IMG/VR virus record: IMGVR_UViG_3300014137_000003
Length of the DNA stretch: 64,000 nucleotides
Reading direction: 5' to 3' (one strand)
Origin: a virus
In this document: positions 53,762 to 62,054 of the stretch, in pieces
Layout of the letters: every line of letters begins with the position of its first letter
How positions within the stretch are numbered: the stretch's first letter is position 1
The notes under the pieces: model-generated
What the model saw: only the letters and a program-made list of their open reading frames with translations
Told to the model about the DNA's origin: nothing
Databases searched by the model: none
Made by a program: the position numbers and the translations under genes

Positions 53762-54907
53762 ATGAATCCAGAATTACTTAAAGAATTGTCTAAATATGCT
53801 AAAGATTTGATATTAGGCTTAGATTTTGACAGATTAGATAAAATGAGGTATGTTTTCAATTTTACAGACGAAGACTTTAAAAAGCTAATATTGGATACTT
53901 ACGCTATCACAAATCAAGAAGGGGTATCTCTAAAAGAACAACAAAATTCAACAAAAGAAGAGGTATCTTCAAAAGAACAAAAACAAAAATCAACAAATTC
54001 AAAACCAATATACCTACTAAGTCGCAAAGTTTTAGGTGCAAACCTAATAAACACTGAAACTAATGAGAAGGGGGTTTACTTAAAAGAGTATTTCTTCTTC
54101 CAAAATGACTTTGAAGACGGTGACCTAGTTACCTTAGAGTATGGTAGTGATAATTCTCCAGTACTTACAAAGGTGGGTAAGGGTGAATCTACTGCGGCTA
54201 ATAGATTAGGGGTATTCCCTAAGGGTATTGTTAAAAAGTCTATCTTAGACGGCACTTATTATGTAGAGGACAACATAAACGGTGAATTGTTAGGGGAATA
54301 TAATTCAACTGAACGTCGATATGTTATTGGAGATTCTTTACCTATTTTGGGTTCTGTAGCACCTAAAGAGGGTGATACGGTTGACTTAGCTTGGGAGTTA
54401 GGTAAACCTGCTACAATTCTTCAAAGACAGTGGTACTCTAGTGAAGAACTCCCAGAAAAAGCTGAGCCAAAAGCTCCTAAGAAAAAGAAATCAACTCAAA
54501 AAGAAAAAGAAGAGGACTCTACGTCTGTAACTCTTGACTATGACTTAGAAGGTAAGAAAATAGGTCTTGTTCTTGGTGATGGTATGCGTAGTGGTTTGAT
54601 GTCTTTCCTTGTTGTAGAACATGGAGGAGTACCAGTCACTCTAGACGCTCACCGCTATCAAGGTGATGAGTCTGCATATAAACATAAGCTAAAAGATTGC
54701 GATGCAGTGGTAGTGGCTAAGGATTATGTAAGACATGCAGTAACTAAGGCTCTTAGAAATGTAACTAAAGAACTCGGAATTGGTTATGCTATGGCAAATG
54801 GGGTAGGCTTTGCCCAGGTTGAAAAAGCAATCTATCGTGCAATCAATGGTTTACAGGTTGACGAGGTTGGTGCTAATATTGATTACCCATTGTTATCGTC
54901 TAAGTAA
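53762..54907 (+). CDS. Hypothetical protein (Lys-rich linker, globular C-domain)
   Basis: ATG 53762 after GGTGGAGG, with a TGgTATAAT promoter at 53719. No secure domain call. Confidence 0.65.
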   Translation: MNPELLKELSKYAKDLILGLDFDRLDKMRYVFNFTDEDFKKLILDTYAITNQEGVSLKEQQNSTKEEVSSKEQKQKSTNSKPIYLLSRKVLGANLINTETNEKGVYLKEYFFFQNDFEDGDLVTLEYGSDNSPVLTKVGKGESTAANRLGVFPKGIVKKSILDGTYYVEDNINGELLGEYNSTERRYVIGDSLPILGSVAPKEGDTVDLAWELGKPATILQRQWYSSEELPEKAEPKAPKKKKSTQKEKEEDSTSVTLDYDLEGKKIGLVLGDGMRSGLMSFLVVEHGGVPVTLDAHRYQGDESAYKHKLKDCDAVVVAKDYVRHAVTKALRNVTKELGIGYAMANGVGFAQVEKAIYRAINGLQVDEVGANIDYPLLSSK

Positions 54908-55012
54908 TTTTCTTACTCATTAAGAAGTTAAAGGATAGTGCTTAAGTGTACTGGCTTTTCTGTTTATAATAGGGTATGGTAGTAGTATAGTTATTAGGAA
55001 GGAATTATAGAA

Positions 55013-55318
55013 ATGTCATTTGTTTTAGGTAATAATAGCCATTACTTGTCTGTTGGTGATTATCTTGTTTACGATAGCTTAGAAGCATTAGATACTGGTG
55101 CTTATAGCGAGGGTCTTGGTAAGGTAATCGTTGACGGTAATGAGGATGTGCTAGTACCTTTAGAGTTGAAGGACTTGGCAGGCGTTGAGTATGCGACGAA
55201 AGAAAGTCCTCTATCCTTTATGGGTGATGGTTCGCTTACGATGGGGTATGGCAACCCTTGGTATGAAGTATATAAAGACAATGAAACTGGATATTACATT
55301 GTAGAGAGGGTTAAATAA
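55013..55318 (+). CDS. Hypothetical protein
   Basis: 101-aa ORF with AGGAAGGA RBS. Confidence 0.6.
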   Translation: MSFVLGNNSHYLSVGDYLVYDSLEALDTGAYSEGLGKVIVDGNEDVLVPLELKDLAGVEYATKESPLSFMGDGSLTMGYGNPWYEVYKDNETGYYIVERVK

Positions 55319-55695
55319 TGGGTGAACAAATTAAAAATAGCTCATTCCAACAACATCTTATGGGTGGTAGTGTGGAGCTTTTGGAGTCTAAGCTAGGTAT
55401 AAAGGCTTGTGAAGGTTTCCCTCAGTCTTGGGAAATGAAAGAAAAATTTCCTTGGGATAGCGATGAGGACTTTAATGAGTTTGTATCTTATTGTAAGGAT
55501 GCTAACACTTTGTCTAGCAATATGGGTCACATCCGAAAGGCAACAAGTTGGCGATCTTACGTTGTATTTTACAAAGGAAAATATTATGTTCAAGTAAATA
55601 CATGTTGGAAACAGGCAAGGAAACATGTCAGTACTGCTTTGTATGACAATTATCTTGATGCTTTACTCTTTATTGAAGAGAAAGTATTTGCTTAA
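55318..55695 (+). CDS. Paralog family A protein (copy 5, dispersed)
   Basis: SSFQQHL, LGIKACEGFP, VVFYKGKYYVQV, YLDALLFIE. Lies 7 kb from the tandem array. Confidence 0.65.
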   Translation: MGEQIKNSSFQQHLMGGSVELLESKLGIKACEGFPQSWEMKEKFPWDSDEDFNEFVSYCKDANTLSSNMGHIRKATSWRSYVVFYKGKYYVQVNTCWKQARKHVSTALYDNYLDALLFIEEKVFA

Positions 55696-55751
55696 CCATC
55701 GTATTAAGAAGAATAAATAATGGTAGAAGAAAATAAACAAGGAGAAAGAAT

Positions 55752-56054
55752 ATGTCAAAAGAATTCAGTTACGAAATTATTGAAGAGATAGGCACTATTG
55801 GTAGTCCTACTGCTAGTGGTTGGTCAACACGCCTAAACCTTATCTCATGGAATGGGGGTACTCCTAAGCTAGATATCCGTTCTTGGAATGAGGATATGAC
55901 CCGAATGGGTAAGGGGGTTACTTTTAGTAAGGAAGACGCTAAAGATTTAGAAGTCTTGTTGAACTCTTATTTAGGACTTAGTGAAGATGACTTAGATCGT
56001 CCTCTTACAAATGAAGAAATGCTCGCTGAGTTGAAAGAGCAAGGAGGTATGTAA
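55752..56054 (+). CDS. PC4/YdbC-like ssDNA-binding protein
   Basis: GWSTRLNLISWNGGTPKLDIRSWNEDMTRMGKGVTFSKEDAKDL follows the bacterial YdbC/PC4-like pattern (W.k.lN.vSWNg..pK.DIR.W......mgKGitl..eE). Identified from memory of the family. Confidence 0.6.
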   Translation: MSKEFSYEIIEEIGTIGSPTASGWSTRLNLISWNGGTPKLDIRSWNEDMTRMGKGVTFSKEDAKDLEVLLNSYLGLSEDDLDRPLTNEEMLAELKEQGGM

Positions 56055-56527
56055 TGGCATCTAAAGTAGCATTTGGTTTTATTCCAGTACCAGTCGAAGA
56101 GACTACAAAAATTCTTACGGGGACTCCTTTGACTGAGTTACTGGCTAAGCATATTACAGATTTTGTTCAGTTATCTTCTTTTGCAGATGGGTTGAACTAC
56201 AGTTTCTTTGCAAATACCCCACTTAAGGAGTATGAAGTTCGAGATGCTCTTTGGGTATATAGTCTAGGTAAGAATAAACGCTTGGAAGAAGTAGATAAAA
56301 CTAAGTTTTATACTATTATCCCAGTAATTTTGAATCAAGGTAATATTAGCTTAAGTCTCCACCCAGTTAAACCTTTAAACCAGCTTACTTGGGGTGATGT
56401 TGACGAGTTGCTAACTCACATGAATTTCCTATCAAGTCGTAAGTTAAGTAAGTGGAAATCTAAATATGATATGCCAAAAGAGTGGGTGTTTGATGAACTA
56501 AATAACCCTATAGAGTCCTTTTTCTAG
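56054..56527 (+). CDS. Hypothetical protein
   Basis: 157-aa ORF with a TAATG stop/start overlap. Confidence 0.6.
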   Translation: MASKVAFGFIPVPVEETTKILTGTPLTELLAKHITDFVQLSSFADGLNYSFFANTPLKEYEVRDALWVYSLGKNKRLEEVDKTKFYTIIPVILNQGNISLSLHPVKPLNQLTWGDVDELLTHMNFLSSRKLSKWKSKYDMPKEWVFDELNNPIESFF

Positions 56528-56538
56528 GAGGGATTGTA

Positions 56539-57021
56539 ATGATTATCTTTGAATCCAGGAAAACGTCACATGTACCTTTAGTGGTTGTAAACAATGCCTT
56601 TAAATCATGGGGTATTCATTTCAATAATACCTCAGAAGAAAATCAAAAAATTTTCGAGACTGGTATTAACTCCTTAAAAGAAGAGTTGCTTAATTTAGAT
56701 AAGTCTAAGATGAAGGATGTTAGAGTTTACTTCTATAAACCCGAATCTTACTTTCACCCAACCTACTTAAAAACCTTAGCAAGTGCACTTTTAGAGTTAT
56801 CTAAGATTGGTGTCGAGGTTGTAATCGAGTCTAATAGTGGTAGTCTAGTCAACGAGTTTGGTTATCAGATTGAATTAGGTTGTGTTTCTAAAGATGGGTT
56901 TAAGGTTAGCTTAGAAGTAGAAAAAGATGGTAAACCCTATTTTCTTGATTTATACTATGATGATGAAGGTATCTTGAACGGTAAGAAGGGTTATAACTTC
57001 CCTATTGGTTACTTTAACTAG
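56539..57021 (+). CDS. Hypothetical protein
   Basis: 160-aa ORF with GGAGGGA RBS. Confidence 0.6.
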   Translation: MIIFESRKTSHVPLVVVNNAFKSWGIHFNNTSEENQKIFETGINSLKEELLNLDKSKMKDVRVYFYKPESYFHPTYLKTLASALLELSKIGVEVVIESNSGSLVNEFGYQIELGCVSKDGFKVSLEVEKDGKPYFLDLYYDDEGILNGKKGYNFPIGYFN

Positions 57022-57031
57022 GGGGTAGCCT

Positions 57032-57685
57032 ATGAAGAACAAATTCAAAATGTTTTTCGATAAGCACGGTACAGCTCTAGCATACTTAGCTATCTTTACA
57101 CTTATATTTGGATCTTTATTTAACCTTGGAGTTTTTGATAGTATTCACTATGTAAGACGTTCCCCAGCGGTTAACACCGTTACCTATAAAGACGACAGCA
57201 GCATTCACCCTATTTACGTTTCTTGGGTTTATGACGAAGGAAGGAATGCTGAGAAGCTTGCACCTAAACTTAAGTCTCTTGATACAAGCATTGAGGATGT
57301 ATGGAAGTTTAATTCACCCCTCTCTGCACATAGTGAATTTATTGCTACTCTTACTTATGGGAGGGTAAGAACTGCTCTAGGGGTATTTCCAAAATTGGGT
57401 GATAGGGGTTATCTCTACCTTTATAATGAAGAAGCTAACACTTATAAGGGGTATAGGGTAGCTTACTTTAAGTCCTTTAGCGATAAAGGGGACGTAGTTA
57501 AGAAATTTAAAACCAAGTATGGCAGTGCCTACGATTCCCTTCCTTGGAAGTACCGTGCAAAACGTTCTATGAAAGTAGTTCACTTGAAAGACGGCAGGGT
57601 AGAGGTTTATTTAAAAGAACGGTATTATTTAGAAAATCAGGATGAAGTCGATGAGGCTTACAAGAATATACCTAAAGAAGAATAG
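57032..57685 (+). CDS. N-terminally membrane-anchored protein, paralog family D
   Basis: TM helix ALAYLAIFTLIFGSLFNLGVF. The C-terminal end (..HLKDGRVEVYLKERYYLENQDEVDEAYKNIPKEE) parallels 59081..59839 (..YKDGTYMWKYKDNWKIENEDEIKSYISSAPKKED). Confidence 0.6.
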   Translation: MKNKFKMFFDKHGTALAYLAIFTLIFGSLFNLGVFDSIHYVRRSPAVNTVTYKDDSSIHPIYVSWVYDEGRNAEKLAPKLKSLDTSIEDVWKFNSPLSAHSEFIATLTYGRVRTALGVFPKLGDRGYLYLYNEEANTYKGYRVAYFKSFSDKGDVVKKFKTKYGSAYDSLPWKYRAKRSMKVVHLKDGRVEVYLKERYYLENQDEVDEAYKNIPKEE

Positions 57686-57692
57686 TAGTAGA

Positions 57693-57722
57693 AGAGGTGT
57701 AAAAGTATTGCACCTCTTTTTA
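57693..57722 (+). terminator. Rho-independent terminator
   Basis: AGAGGTG/CACCTCT stem and T5. Confidence 0.75.
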
Positions 57723-57749
57723 ATTTCTATTGCTTTTTGGTTGTTAAGG

Positions 57750-57758
57750 TGGTAAGAT
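57750..57758 (+). promoter_or_regulatory. Extended -10-like element TGgTAAGAT
   Basis: Lies after the terminator at 57693 and before ATG 57787. Confidence 0.4.
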
Positions 57759-57786
57759 TATATTATCAAAAATTTGAGGTATAATT

Positions 57787-58266
57787 ATGAAAGTAGATAG
57801 TAGTAAAGTTATGGTTGATTTTGAAACTACAAAACAAGTTGAATATTGGGAAGCCCAGCTAAAGAAAATAAAAGAGGAAGACTTTTATATAAGGAAATAT
57901 CTACGTTATTTTGAAGTTGAAGATTTCTCTAACTCCAACTTGCAATTATTAAAAAGCGGATTATTGATTGTTATAATATTTAACAATAAAATATTGTCGT
58001 GGTCTAACCATGGGGTATCTAAATATTGCATAAATATTGAGGATGCTGAGCAACTTTGCGATTGTGTGGGTATTTATTCAAATGGTGAAAACGGGGATTT
58101 TGCTCACTCTAAAGAGTTTTGGAGTTTCACTAAATCTAAATACTACTTAATGAGTCTTTTATTGACTTATTATAAAACGCCAGGCAAGTACCCTACGGAG
58201 TTAGCAGACAGTTTAAAGATGGCAATCAGTTTGATTGCTAACGCTGAAAACATCTTAAAGGGTTAG
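57787..58266 (+). CDS. Hypothetical protein
   Basis: 159-aa ORF with GAGG RBS. Confidence 0.6.
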   Translation: MKVDSSKVMVDFETTKQVEYWEAQLKKIKEEDFYIRKYLRYFEVEDFSNSNLQLLKSGLLIVIIFNNKILSWSNHGVSKYCINIEDAEQLCDCVGIYSNGENGDFAHSKEFWSFTKSKYYLMSLLLTYYKTPGKYPTELADSLKMAISLIANAENILKG

Positions 58267-58277
58267 GAGATTTATCT

Positions 58278-58403
58278 ATGAAGTACGCAGTGAAAGCTAA
58301 CAAAATCACAGTGCACGATGAAGATTATGATGAAACTGTGATTTTATCACTTTTCATCATAGTGATTAATTTAATCATGACGATTTTAATGTGTGTGGAC
58401 TAA
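58278..58403 (+). CDS. Small (41 aa) membrane peptide
   Basis: ATG 58278, 8 nt after AGGAG. MKYAVKANKITVHDEDYDETVILSLFIIVINLIMTILMCVD*. Below the track cutoff. Confidence 0.5.
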   Translation: MKYAVKANKITVHDEDYDETVILSLFIIVINLIMTILMCVD

Positions 58404-58415
58404 AGGAGTTAATGA

Positions 58416-58826
58416 ATGATAAGTAAAAATATTAAATTAGTTAAAGGAGTCCTCGATAGTTTAGTTGAGGACTCTAAGGGCTTGGTAGTCATGGACTTCG
58501 GTTGTGGTCGAGGGGTATTCGCAGAGTACCTAAAAGAGCTCGGTCATAAATATATAGGTGTTGATATTGACAGGGATGCCTTAGAAGGTTTGTCCGAGCG
58601 TGGTTTTACTACATATCATCCCGACAACTTACCTAAAGACTTAGCAGTTGATATTCTCTTGTTAGGTAATATGGGTGGCATTGAAACAGGTATGCACTTA
58701 ATTAATGCTCGTAAGTTACTTACTGACGAGGGTATCGTGTTTATGTGGGACTTCTCCCAGCAAGGTTTGCCGAGAGGTAAATCTCAAAGTACGGTTGCTA
58801 TGTCGGTTGTAGCTAAGGAGGGTTGA
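58416..58826 (+). CDS. Small class I SAM-dependent methyltransferase
   Basis: Motif I VVMDFGCGRGVFAEYL and post-I YIGVDID. Only 136 aa; substrate unknown. Confidence 0.65.
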   Translation: MISKNIKLVKGVLDSLVEDSKGLVVMDFGCGRGVFAEYLKELGHKYIGVDIDRDALEGLSERGFTTYHPDNLPKDLAVDILLLGNMGGIETGMHLINARKLLTDEGIVFMWDFSQQGLPRGKSQSTVAMSVVAKEG

Positions 58827-59115
58827 TATGTCTAAGAGAGATAAACTTCCTTGGTATAAGCGGTTATATATGTCTGTAGAGGGTAGCATGGAAGAGTCTT
58901 TTGGTGATTTTGCTCCCTTTTTCACTGCTATGTTCTTTATACTAGGTGCACTAGAGCTCTTTATTATAGCTTCTATTATAGTTTCAATGGTATGGGGTAC
59001 GGTATTTCAATCTAAACCTTTAGTAGACACACTCAAACCTAATATAGTAACTTATATAGAAAATTTTAAGGAGGGAGGATATGTCTAAGAGAGATAGACT
59101 TCCTTGGTATAAGCG
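58814..59115 (+). repeat. 49-bp direct repeat pair covering RBS and first ~12 codons of two adjacent genes
   Basis: 58814-58862 versus 59067-59115, 46/49 identical (TAAGGAGGG..GATATGTCTAAGAGAGATA.ACTTCCTTGGTATAAGCG). Confidence 0.8.
58828..59088 (+). CDS. Small membrane protein sharing its N-terminus with the next gene
   Basis: MSKRDKLPWYKRLY.. versus MSKRDRLPWYKRYW.. One TM helix. Confidence 0.6.
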   Translation: MSKRDKLPWYKRLYMSVEGSMEESFGDFAPFFTAMFFILGALELFIIASIIVSMVWGTVFQSKPLVDTLKPNIVTYIENFKEGGYV

Positions 59116-59839
59116 ATATTGGAAGTTTCTACAGAGTAGATTTGGCAGTGTTATTGCATTCTTTATGACGGTAGTAATTTTAGATGTTACTTTTATATTG
59201 CTTGTTATCTTGTGGTGTTTGTTATTCAACATCAGTTTAAAGGATAATATTAAGTCAAAGACTACATATACTGAGTCCTCTACTGTAGTTCCAGTATATA
59301 CTACTTATGATAAGGATAGCAAAGCCTTTCAAAGGGTAGTTACGGATTTAGAGTTTTATAGCACTAAACCAGAGAAAACAGAAGATACTCAAACTACAAA
59401 GGTAAAAACAATGTTTGGGACTGTTAGTTCTGAGGATACAACTTCATTGATAGACGGTAAGGACGCTGAATCTTTGTACTATCATAAAGGTACGAGTTTC
59501 AACCCATTAGATATGGTTGATTCTTTCTTTGGGAAGCTAAGCGAGAGTGTGGGTACTCTTATCCTTTACAACAAGTCAGAAAAAACTTACACTACTCATA
59601 CTGTGAGAGGAATTAAGTTTTCTCGTAACTCATCTAAGAATTCTGTAGTAGTCCACTACTCTAGAGACTACTCAGATTACCAAGGAGCTCCTAAACCTGT
59701 GTATTCTTATAGTCCTACGGTAAAGCTTACGGAATATAAGGATGGTACTTATATGTGGAAGTACAAAGATAATTGGAAGATTGAAAACGAAGATGAAATT
59801 AAGTCTTACATTTCTTCTGCTCCTAAAAAGGAAGACTAG
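59081..59839 (+). CDS. N-terminally membrane-anchored protein, paralog family D
   Basis: TM helix VIAFFMTVVILDVTFILLVILWCLLF. C-terminal domain is related to 57032..57685. Confidence 0.6.
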   Translation: MSKRDRLPWYKRYWKFLQSRFGSVIAFFMTVVILDVTFILLVILWCLLFNISLKDNIKSKTTYTESSTVVPVYTTYDKDSKAFQRVVTDLEFYSTKPEKTEDTQTTKVKTMFGTVSSEDTTSLIDGKDAESLYYHKGTSFNPLDMVDSFFGKLSESVGTLILYNKSEKTYTTHTVRGIKFSRNSSKNSVVVHYSRDYSDYQGAPKPVYSYSPTVKLTEYKDGTYMWKYKDNWKIENEDEIKSYISSAPKKED

Positions 59840-59861
59840 TTAAACTTTAGGAGGTTCTAGT

Positions 59862-60545
59862 ATGATTGACCAAAAATACTGCACAGAAGATATACCTATC
59901 TCCTTACAAGATATTGTGCATGCGTATAACACCTCATGTTCTAGGTTCTGTAATTATGCAGGTTATGTTCAGTTCCCTTATATTTTGACTTCTTCAACCC
60001 TATTAGGGGTACTACTAAAGAAGATACTTCTTAAAGTGAATGGTGGTTACGAAGACTCTCACGTTCCTAAGGACTTAGTACAGTCCTTATCTTCCCTAGG
60101 TGTAAGTATAAGAAGTTTTACCGAAGAAGAAATCTCTTTCTTAAAGTTAGATTTTTCTTCCCTTAAACCTGAGTGGTTTGACATTGAAAGTAGAGAAATC
60201 AGAGAAGACGTTGTCGATGGTATCTTTGAGTATTTCCTTAAACTGGCAATACGCTTAGGGGTAGAGGAGCCTAGTTGCTTAGAACAAGGCAAACTTCTTA
60301 GACGAGTTTTCCAAACACCTCAACTTAAGGAGGGTACTTACAGGGCTTTCATTTGGGAGCCAGGCTCCATAATAGTAATACTTCTAACTAAAGATGAGGA
60401 CTCCATTTATGTTGAATCTTCTGAAGCATTTACGAAGATACTCTTAGATGGAGAGTACGATTTCAACATTGGCTTTGACCATAGTGGTGGTATGGAGGCT
60501 GTGGAGCGTATGCTTAGGTGTGGGTGCGAAGAAGTTATCGTGTAA
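59862..60545 (+). CDS. Hypothetical protein
   Basis: 227-aa ORF with AGGAGG RBS. Confidence 0.65.
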   Translation: MIDQKYCTEDIPISLQDIVHAYNTSCSRFCNYAGYVQFPYILTSSTLLGVLLKKILLKVNGGYEDSHVPKDLVQSLSSLGVSIRSFTEEEISFLKLDFSSLKPEWFDIESREIREDVVDGIFEYFLKLAIRLGVEEPSCLEQGKLLRRVFQTPQLKEGTYRAFIWEPGSIIVILLTKDEDSIYVESSEAFTKILLDGEYDFNIGFDHSGGMEAVERMLRCGCEEVIV

Positions 60546-60596
60546 CTCTTTAGTGCAGTCACTAATTACCGAATGTTTTAAATAGAAAGGCTAAAA

Positions 60597-61928
60597 ATGA
60601 CATTTAATCCAAAAAGTAAAATGGACCGAGTCCTAATCGTGGACTTCAATCACATGGCTCACAACTTCTCCTATGGAGGGGTACGGCTAACTAAGCAGAT
60701 GGCAGTAGGTAATACTATTGAAACGGTAGATACAACTATTGCTAACGGTACTATCAAAAACATCTTTAACTGGTCACGTGGTGGTCAGGTTCCTACGGTA
60801 GTTTGTTTTGATAGACCTTGTCCTAGTAGGAAGGCTTACTTCATGACAGAGCAGTCTGAAGGAGTCGACGGTGAGTACAAAGGAAAACGTGAGTCTATGT
60901 CTCAGAGTATGTTTTCGGGTGTTGCTTTAGCTCAGGATTACCTTGAGCGAGGAGGGGTATCTTGCCTAGCCCTACATAACTGGGAGGCAGATGACCTAGT
61001 TTTCCTAGCAATCCAACAAGCTAAACGACAGTACCCTAATCATTACATTGATTTGGTAACTAATGATGCTGACATGTTACCTTTGGTAGACGAGCAGGTA
61101 TCGGTCTTCTTTAGAAGTAAGAAATTTACTTGGGCTACAGATAAGTTCTTAGAAAAGAATCGGTATATGCAGGTAACTCCAGAAAATTACCAAGAAGTTA
61201 TCGAAGGTCTTTCTAGTTTTAAGAACTTATATGTTCCTTACAATAGCTTACTCCTTTATAAGGTATTGCGTGGTGACGTTGCTGATGGTATTGTTTCTCC
61301 GTTCCCTAAGGGTACGATGACACCTAGACGTCTAGCTAGTATTGTATGGCAGTTGGAAAATGGGGTACTCGAAGAAGGTTTCTCATTAGCTTTTAGCGTT
61401 GGTTCTAATATTCCAGTTGGTATCAAAACTACTAAGCCAAAAGCAATTTATCTCTTCGAAGAGTCTGAATATGCCGATTTTATAGAGTCTGCGTTTAGGC
61501 ATAATAGTGATGGTAGTAGGGTAACGTATGATTTATCGAAATTATTTGTTTATACCCCTAACCAGAAGAGTTACCACTTGTTGGATGGTAGTGAGCTAAG
61601 CTTAAAAGAAGCTAAGGCTATCATGGACGATTTTAAATCCCAAGAAGGTTGGGAGAACAAGGAACGTCCTATTGAAATCAGGTATAACGACAACCCATTG
61701 CTAGACAAAATGGTTGAGGCTTTATCTCTTGTAGGCTTAACTGAAGAAGAGTGTGCTACTTTTAGAAAGCAATATAGGGGTATGAACTTAGCACAGGCTT
61801 TCCCTAACTTACCTCAGAATATTAAAAGGCTACCGAAGAAGCTTAATAGTATCAGTGGGTATGACGGAAGGGTGCTTAACTCGGTTGTTAATGTGTTGGG
61901 AATTAACTTAAATTCCCGTTACCTTTAG
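60597..61928 (+). CDS. 5'-3' exonuclease / flap endonuclease (PIN-like, Pol I N-terminal-domain family) with C-terminal extension
   Basis: VLIVDFNHMAH, VVCFDRP..RK..(x19)..YKGKRE, EADDLVFLA, LVTNDADMLPLV, LRGDVADGI (H3TH-like). Confidence 0.75.
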   Translation: MTFNPKSKMDRVLIVDFNHMAHNFSYGGVRLTKQMAVGNTIETVDTTIANGTIKNIFNWSRGGQVPTVVCFDRPCPSRKAYFMTEQSEGVDGEYKGKRESMSQSMFSGVALAQDYLERGGVSCLALHNWEADDLVFLAIQQAKRQYPNHYIDLVTNDADMLPLVDEQVSVFFRSKKFTWATDKFLEKNRYMQVTPENYQEVIEGLSSFKNLYVPYNSLLLYKVLRGDVADGIVSPFPKGTMTPRRLASIVWQLENGVLEEGFSLAFSVGSNIPVGIKTTKPKAIYLFEESEYADFIESAFRHNSDGSRVTYDLSKLFVYTPNQKSYHLLDGSELSLKEAKAIMDDFKSQEGWENKERPIEIRYNDNPLLDKMVEALSLVGLTEEECATFRKQYRGMNLAQAFPNLPQNIKRLPKKLNSISGYDGRVLNSVVNVLGINLNSRYL

Positions 61929-61937
61929 GTAAACAAT

Positions 61938-61960
61938 GAGGTCTTATGACCTCTTTTATT
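61938..61960 (+). terminator. Rho-independent terminator
   Basis: GAGGTC-TTAT-GACCTC stem-loop and a T-rich run. Confidence 0.8.
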
Positions 61961-62054
61961 TTTGTTTTCCGAATCTATCATCTCTTCTCTTAAATTGTTA
62001 TACTCTTTGTGTATTTCAAAAATACAGTTTTATATCTATATTTTGAGGTGACTT

